From an uncultured Hyphomonadaceae bacterium (GTDB taxonomy: Bacteria; Pseudomonadota; Alphaproteobacteria; Caulobacterales; Hyphomonadaceae): a stretch of DNA of 64,000 nt. Below, in pieces: positions 58,450-64,000 of this stretch (position 1 is the stretch's first letter; each line of letters begins with the position of its first letter). Location of the stretch: the NCBI GenBank assembly GCA_913057945.1, contig CAJXOF010000011.1:59121-123120 (forward strand), read 5' to 3'. Made by a program: the position numbers and the translations under genes. The notes under the pieces are model-generated. The model had not been told where the DNA came from. It saw only the letters and a list, made by a program, of their open reading frames with translations, and made no database searches.

Positions 58450-59610
58450 ATGTCCCTTCCCTTCATCGACCTTCAGGCCCAGCGCAAGCGCATCGAGTCC
58501 GAGATCAACACGGCGATCCAGTCGGTCGTTGAAAGCGGCCGCTATGTGCTCGGCCCGGAAGTCACGGAGCTGGAGCAACAACTCGCGGACTGGTGCGGCG
58601 CGTCGCATTCGGTCAGCTGCGCCAACGGCACGGACGCGCTCGCGCTCGCCCTGATGGCGTGGGAGCTGAAGCCCGGCGACGCCGTGTTCTGCCCCTCCTT
58701 CACCTTCGTCGCGACGGCTCAGGTCGTGCCTTGGCTCGGCGCTGCGCCGGTCTTCGTCGACATTCTGCCCGACACCTACAACATGGACCCGGCACATCTG
58801 CGCAAGCAGATCGAGGCTGTGAAGGCCGAGGGCAAGCTGACACCGAAAGTGGTGATCGCGGTCGACCTGTTCGGCCAGCCTGCCAACTATCCCGAGATCA
58901 AGGCGATCTGCGACGAGTTCGGCCTGAAGCTGATCGCCGACACGGCGCAGGGCTATGGCTGCACATTGAACGGCAAGCACCCTTCCGACTGGGCCGATAT
59001 CGCAACGACCAGCTTCTTCCCCGCCAAGCCGCTGGGCTGCTACGGCGATGGCGGCGCTATCATCACCAATAACGCCAAGCTCGCCGAGCGGATCGAATCC
59101 CTGCGCGTCTATGGCAAGGTCACGCCGACAGACGCCGCCGAACGCAATTTCCATCACGATCCGAAATACCTGTCGCTGCGGGTTGGCATGAATTCCCGTC
59201 TCGATACGATCCAGGCGGCAATCCTGCTGGAGAAGCTGAAGATCTTTGGCGACGAAATTGAGAAACGCCAAACCGTGGCTGACCGCTATGCGGCGGGCCT
59301 GAGCGGCCACGTCAAACGCGTGCCGAGCGTCATTGAAGGCGGCAAGAGCGTCTGGGCACAATATGTGATTGAGCATGAGAACCGCGACGGCCTGCAAGCA
59401 CACCTCTCCGCGCAGGGCATCCCGACGGCCGTCTACTATCCAGTGCCGATCCACGAGCAGGATTTCTGCGCACAATTCAAGCCTGCCGACGGCACCTTGC
59501 CCGTCACCGAAGCGGCCAGCAAATATGTCGTGGCCCTTCCGATGCACCCTTATTTCGAAGAAGCTGATCAGGCGCGCGTCATCGACGCGATCCGGGTGTT
59601 TAACGGATAG
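58450..59610 (+). CDS. DegT/DnrJ/EryC1/StrS family sugar aminotransferase
   Basis: CANGTDAL, DTAQG, SFFPAKPLGCYGDGG (PLP Lys present), GMNSRLDTIQAA. Confidence 0.92.
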   Translation: MSLPFIDLQAQRKRIESEINTAIQSVVESGRYVLGPEVTELEQQLADWCGASHSVSCANGTDALALALMAWELKPGDAVFCPSFTFVATAQVVPWLGAAPVFVDILPDTYNMDPAHLRKQIEAVKAEGKLTPKVVIAVDLFGQPANYPEIKAICDEFGLKLIADTAQGYGCTLNGKHPSDWADIATTSFFPAKPLGCYGDGGAIITNNAKLAERIESLRVYGKVTPTDAAERNFHHDPKYLSLRVGMNSRLDTIQAAILLEKLKIFGDEIEKRQTVADRYAAGLSGHVKRVPSVIEGGKSVWAQYVIEHENRDGLQAHLSAQGIPTAVYYPVPIHEQDFCAQFKPADGTLPVTEAASKYVVALPMHPYFEEADQARVIDAIRVFNG

Positions 59611-59670
59611 TCTCCGGACTTTACCGGACCTTTTACGAACACTTTCCGGTCTCCTTTCCGGACCTCGCAC

Positions 59671-59700
59671 AGGCAGCGCGCACTTCGCGCGTTGCCTTTT
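59671..59700 (+). terminator. Terminator-like hairpin after the aminotransferase gene
   Basis: AGGCAGCGCG-loop-CGCGTTGCCT followed by TTT. Confidence 0.55.
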
Positions 59701-59730
59701 CGCGTGTAGCGTGGTAGCCGCGATACAAAC

Positions 59731-59750
59731 ATATAAAGGATCATTGATAT
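59731..59750. promoter_or_regulatory. SahR-type operator overlapping the ahcY start
   Basis: ATATAAAG-GATC-ATTGATAT, a near match to the ATAT(C/A)AAG-N4-CTT(G/T)ATAT palindrome of the SahR methionine-cycle regulon. Confidence 0.7.
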
Positions 59751-61143
59751 GACCGAAAACTACCGCGTCGCCGATATGTCCCTCGCCGAGTATGGCCGCA
59801 AGGAAATTGCCATCGCCGAGACAGAAATGCCGGGTCTGATGGCCGCGCGCGAAGAGTTCGGCCCGTCTCAGCCACTCAAGGGCGCAAAGATCGCCGGCTC
59901 CCTGCACATGACCATTCAGACCGCCGTGCTGATCCAGACGCTCGAAGCGCTCGGCGCGGACGTGCAGTGGGTCTCCTGCAACATCTACTCGACGCAGGAC
60001 CACGCTGCGGCCGCCATTGCCGACAATGGTACACCGGTCTTCGCCTACAAGGGCGAGACACTGGAAGAATATTGGGAATTCACCGACCGCATGTTCCACT
60101 GGCATGATGGCACCGGCGCAAACCTCATTCTGGACGATGGCGGCGATGCCACCATGTATCTGATCCTCGGCGAGCGCGCCGAGTCCGATCCGTCCTTCCT
60201 GGAGAAACCAGGTTCTGAAGAAGAGAAATTCCTCTTCGCCCAGATCAAGAAGCGCCTTGCGGCCTCCCCAGGCTGGTTTGCCAAGACCAAGGCGGCAATC
60301 CGCGGCGTGTCGGAAGAAACGACAACCGGCGTGAACCGCCTCTACCAGCTCGAGAAAAAGGGTGAACTCCCCTTCCCGGCCATCAATGTGAACGACTCGG
60401 TCACCAAGTCGAAATTCGACAACAAGTATGGCTGTAAGGAATCCCTCGTCGACGCGATCCGCCGCGGTACCGACGTGATGATGGCCGGCAAGAAAGCCTT
60501 CGTCGCCGGCTATGGCGATGTCGGCAAGGGCTCTGCCGCTTCCCTGTCCGGCTCTGGCGCGCGCGTCGCCGTCTCCGAAGTCGACCCGATCTGCGCCCTT
60601 CAGGCCGCGATGGACGGATTTGAAGTCCTGACGGTCGACGAAGCTGCCCCGAAATTCGACATCTTCGTTACGGCGACCGGCAACAAGGACATCCTGACCG
60701 TCGACCATATGCGCGCGATGAAAGACATGGCGATCGTCTGCAATATTGGCCACTTTGACAACGAAATTCAGGTCGAAGGCCTGCGCAATTTCGAATGGAC
60801 GAACATCAAGCCGCAAGTCGATATGATCACCTTCCCGGATGGCAAGCGGATCATCCTGCTGTCGGAAGGCCGTCTCGTGAACCTTGGCAATGCCACGGGC
60901 CACCCATCCTTCGTGATGTCGGCGTCCTTCACCAATCAGACGCTCGCCCAGATCGAACTGCACGCCCGCGGCGAGCAGTATGAGAACAAGGTCTACACGC
61001 TGCCGAAGCATCTCGATGAGAAGGTTGCCATGCTCCACCTCGAAAAACTCGGTGTCCAGCTGACCGAGCTGTCGAGCGAACAGGCAAACTATATCGGCGT
61101 TGAGACAACCGGCCCGTTCAAGCCTGAACATTACCGCTACTAG
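59749..61143 (+). CDS. ahcY: S-adenosylhomocysteine hydrolase
   Basis: [63 protein letters not shown]. Confidence 0.98.
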   Translation: MTENYRVADMSLAEYGRKEIAIAETEMPGLMAAREEFGPSQPLKGAKIAGSLHMTIQTAVLIQTLEALGADVQWVSCNIYSTQDHAAAAIADNGTPVFAYKGETLEEYWEFTDRMFHWHDGTGANLILDDGGDATMYLILGERAESDPSFLEKPGSEEEKFLFAQIKKRLAASPGWFAKTKAAIRGVSEETTTGVNRLYQLEKKGELPFPAINVNDSVTKSKFDNKYGCKESLVDAIRRGTDVMMAGKKAFVAGYGDVGKGSAASLSGSGARVAVSEVDPICALQAAMDGFEVLTVDEAAPKFDIFVTATGNKDILTVDHMRAMKDMAIVCNIGHFDNEIQVEGLRNFEWTNIKPQVDMITFPDGKRIILLSEGRLVNLGNATGHPSFVMSASFTNQTLAQIELHARGEQYENKVYTLPKHLDEKVAMLHLEKLGVQLTELSSEQANYIGVETTGPFKPEHYRY

Positions 61144-61157
61144 GGCGGCGCAGAACA

Positions 61158-62012
61158 GTGGCACGCAATCACATTCTCACGCTTTCCTGCCCCGACCGGG
61201 TGGGCCTCGTCGCCGGGCTTGCGAAGCTCATGGAGCGGCATGATTGCTTCATCGAGTCTTCGCGCACCTTCAGCGACCCGGAAACCAGCCGGTTCTTTGC
61301 CCGGCTGGTTTTTCACGGTCCGAATGACATCCTCCCTTCGGCCCTGACCGAAGATCTCGCAAGCTTGGGAAACGATCTCAATGCGGAATGGGCAACCCAT
61401 CCCGAAGGCGAAACGGTCAAAGCCCTGTTGTTGGTCTCAAAGTCCGACCATTGCGCAAATACGCTACTGTATGGCGCGCGGCGCAAGGAACTCCCCATTG
61501 AGGTCGTCGGCATTGTCTCCAACAATGAAACCTTGAAGGACAATTTTGCCCATTGGAACCTGCCATGGTTTCATGTGCCGGTGACGAAGGACACAAAGCC
61601 GGAAGCCGAAGCGCGCCTCTTCGAGATCATCGAACAGACCGGCGCCGACCTGGTCGTACTTGCGCGGTACATGCAAGTCCTCAGCAATCAAGCCTGTCGC
61701 CAGCTTGAGGGGATGTGCATCAACATCCACCATTCCTTCCTGCCGGGTTTCAAGGGAGCCCGCCCCTATCATCAGGCCCATGCCCGCGGCGTGAAGGTTA
61801 TTGGAGCAACCGCGCATTATGTCACTGCGGATCTTGATGAAGGTCCGATCATTGCTCAGGTCACGGAAGTTGTCGATCACACCTTCAGCCCGGCCGACAT
61901 GATCGAGACTGGTCGCCACCTCGAAGGCAACGCCCTTCTGCGAGCGGTCAAGGCTCATGCCGAGCATCGCATTTTCGTAAATTCCGGAAAGACCGTTGTT
62001 TTCGCCCGGTAG
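61158..62012 (+). CDS. purU: Formyltetrahydrofolate deformylase
   Basis: N-terminal ACT (CPDRVGLVA), VLARYMQVL, INIHHSFLP, GATAHYVT.DLDEGPII. Confidence 0.95.
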   Translation: MARNHILTLSCPDRVGLVAGLAKLMERHDCFIESSRTFSDPETSRFFARLVFHGPNDILPSALTEDLASLGNDLNAEWATHPEGETVKALLLVSKSDHCANTLLYGARRKELPIEVVGIVSNNETLKDNFAHWNLPWFHVPVTKDTKPEAEARLFEIIEQTGADLVVLARYMQVLSNQACRQLEGMCINIHHSFLPGFKGARPYHQAHARGVKVIGATAHYVTADLDEGPIIAQVTEVVDHTFSPADMIETGRHLEGNALLRAVKAHAEHRIFVNSGKTVVFAR

Positions 62013-62036
62013 AAGAACACCCAAAGAGAGCCAGAC

Positions 62037-63218
62037 ATGAAACTTGCCAGCCACGAATTTACCAGCGAAAGCGTTTCCGAAGGCCATCCGGACAAGGTCG
62101 CAGACCAGATTTCGGACGCCATCGTCGATCTGTTTCTCTCGCGCGACCCGACTGCAAAAGTTGCCGTTGAAACCCTGACGACCACGAACCGAGTCGTCCT
62201 CGCCGGCGAAGTTCGCACCAATAATGGCGCCGTCATCACACATGAAGAAATGAACCAGACCGCACGCGATGTGGTCAAGCGGATCGGCTATGAGCAGGAC
62301 GGCTTCCACTGGAAGAACATGGAAATTACAAACCATGTCCACGGCCAGTCCGTAGAGATTGCGCAAGGTGTAGAGGCCGGACAAGGTCTCTACGCCGAAG
62401 AAGGCGCAGGCGATCAGGGCATCATGTTCGGCTATGCGACGAACGAGACGCCTGAACTGATGCCGGCCACGCTCGTCTATTCCCACCAGATCTTGCAACG
62501 CCTTGCACAGCTGCGCCATGACGGCACGCATCCGGAACTTGAGCCCGATGCGAAAAGCCAGGTGACGCTTCAATATGAAGGCTCAAAGCCTGTCGGTGTG
62601 AACGCGCTTGTCGTGTCCCACCAGCACAAGGACAGCGCTACCCTGGAACAGCTCCGAGAGATCATCCGTCCTGTAATCAAGAAGGTGCTGCCGGAAGACT
62701 GGTTCCCTGCTGAGGACAAGTTCTATGTGAACCCGACCGGACGTTTCGTCATTGGCGGACCTGATGGCGACGCCGGTCTGACCGGCCGCAAGATCATCGT
62801 CGACACATATGGGGGTGCTGCGCCTCATGGTGGCGGCGCATTCTCTGGCAAGGACCCGTCTAAAGTTGACCGGTCGGCCGCATACGCCACGCGCTACCTG
62901 GCCAAGAACATCGTGGCTGCCGGCCTCGCCGACCGCTGCACCATTCAGGTCAGCTACGCGATTGGCGTAGCCCAGCCCCTGTCAATCTATGTCGATACGC
63001 ACGGTACGGGCAAGGCGGACGAAGAGCGTATCGCCAAGGCGCTGCGCGAATTGTTTGACCTTTCACCGAGAGGCATCCGGACTCACCTCAACCTGAATCA
63101 GGCGATCTACAGCCCATCAGCTGCTTACGGGCACTTCGGCCGGACCCCGACCGAGAATGGTGGCTTCAGCTGGGAAAAGACAGACCTCGTGGACGAACTG
63201 AAACGTCTCGCCAACTAA
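62037..63218 (+). CDS. metK: S-adenosylmethionine synthetase
   Basis: [56 protein letters not shown]. Confidence 0.98.
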   Translation: MKLASHEFTSESVSEGHPDKVADQISDAIVDLFLSRDPTAKVAVETLTTTNRVVLAGEVRTNNGAVITHEEMNQTARDVVKRIGYEQDGFHWKNMEITNHVHGQSVEIAQGVEAGQGLYAEEGAGDQGIMFGYATNETPELMPATLVYSHQILQRLAQLRHDGTHPELEPDAKSQVTLQYEGSKPVGVNALVVSHQHKDSATLEQLREIIRPVIKKVLPEDWFPAEDKFYVNPTGRFVIGGPDGDAGLTGRKIIVDTYGGAAPHGGGAFSGKDPSKVDRSAAYATRYLAKNIVAAGLADRCTIQVSYAIGVAQPLSIYVDTHGTGKADEERIAKALRELFDLSPRGIRTHLNLNQAIYSPSAAYGHFGRTPTENGGFSWEKTDLVDELKRLAN

Positions 63219-63225
63219 TCACGCA

Positions 63226-63600
63226 TCAATAAGCGACAGTGATTTCGTCAATGAATGCCACGGCCGTGCCGTGGCATTCTAGTTTGATCCGCTGCGGCAA
63301 GGGCTTGCGCGACTGCTGATAGGCAGCTGTTCCGGGAACGGATGGGCCACCTTCGGAGAGGCTCAACACGAGCAGGCCCTCTTCCTCCGTCGGAACGGGG
63401 CTCAACTTCCAGGACTGGTCATCTGCCAGTCGCACGACCACGTGCAGCTTTCCGCCCGACTGGCCAGGGCCGGGCATCCGATTAATCCAGGCTGACGTAT
63501 CGGTGATCTCCGGGCACGAATTGCCGCCAAAAGGCAGCCATGCACAGCCAGACAGGACCAGCCCGCAAGCGAGCGACAGGAAGGATGTCTTGCCTACCAT
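63226..63600 (-). CDS. Hypothetical lipoprotein
   Basis: Lipobox LSGC after a hydrophobic stretch; ATG 63600 overlaps the upstream gene's stop region. Confidence 0.65.
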   Translation of the reverse strand: MVGKTSFLSLACGLVLSGCAWLPFGGNSCPEITDTSAWINRMPGPGQSGGKLHVVVRLADDQSWKLSPVPTEEEGLLVLSLSEGGPSVPGTAAYQQSRKPLPQRIKLECHGTAVAFIDEITVAY

Positions 63601-64000
63601 GGCGTCGACAACCGCATCCACAGCGCCTCCTGGTCTTCGGCTTTGTAAATATGGTTCGGCGATGTGGAGACCACGGCCGCCGCCTCACCCGACCATGTGT
63701 CGGTCAGTCCGAATGTGTAACGCGTCTCGAAATCGATCTGGCGACCACTTGGCGTCAGGTCCGCTTGCACCAGGTCCCGGATCAACTGGCTATTCAGATC
63801 TACCCTGATCGGAGCATCAAGATTCAGATATCCCGTCTCCGCGCGACGCGGCTGGGCCATGATGAAATGCACCCGCCCTTCGCCGAGCGCCCGGTCTGCG
63901 CCAACCGACCAGCGACTGGTCCAGATGCCTTCGGCGTCCACGCCCGGCAGGTCGACACTGGCAAGTTCCAGTCCCGAAGAGACGATCCAGCCAGCCCCGG
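63594..64000 (-). CDS. C-terminal part of a hypothetical protein running off the window; beta-strand-rich with terminal Trp (outer-membrane/autotransporter-like end)
   Basis: Frame is open from the window edge to TAG at 63594; alternating hydrophobic pattern. Confidence 0.55.
   Translation of the reverse strand, partial: GAGWIVSSGLELASVDLPGVDAEGIWTSRWSVGADRALGEGRVHFIMAQPRRAETGYLNLDAPIRVDLNSQLIRDLVQADLTPSGRQIDFETRYTFGLTDTWSGEAAAVVSTSPNHIYKAEDQEALWMRLSTPW

Noticed and set aside
59611-59748. SAH or SAM riboswitch upstream of ahcY
   Set aside because: No recognisable aptamer core; a SahR-type palindrome explains the regulation better.
58309-61164. 951-aa minus-strand ORF
   Set aside because: Antisense shadow of the aminotransferase and ahcY, caused by GC-biased codon usage; no motifs.

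Overview
High-GC alphaproteobacterial chromosome segment. Gene content and order suggest Hyphomonadaceae (Hyphomonas-like); this is an inference. About 1-40 kb and 58.4-64 kb are mostly housekeeping: metZ, apaG, DsbA, M48 protease, a Fur-boxed Fe3+ ABC transporter, panB, yfgM-bamB-der, arfB, kdsA, clpS/clpA, phasin, D,D-carboxypeptidase, kdsD, galE, tRNA-Ile2, uxs, phhA and ahcY-purU-metK. About 40.0-58.3 kb is a visibly AT-richer, ABC-transporter-dependent capsular polysaccharide locus. It encodes: (i) a DRE-TIM aldolase-like protein, a KdsB-like cytidylyltransferase and a HAD phosphatase, coupled upstream of an 873-aa protein that fuses a GT29 domain (all four sialylmotifs) to a KpsC-like module, suggesting an undescribed 3-deoxy-2-ulosonic-acid pathway; (ii) a GDP-colitose-type pathway with a fucosyltransferase-fold transferase; (iii) an apparently split KpsC plus a KpsS-like protein and Wzm/Wzt; (iv) a DUF2793 protein resembling the gene-transfer-agent head fibre, embedded in the capsule genes. 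Smaller oddities are an ABC-F gene collapsed by three in-frame deletions, a 26-codon ORF with a near-perfect Shine-Dalgarno and its own terminator, and a REP-like hairpin inside a coding sequence. No CRISPR, rRNA, integrase or transposase was seen. All family assignments come from motif recognition by eye; no database searches were run.
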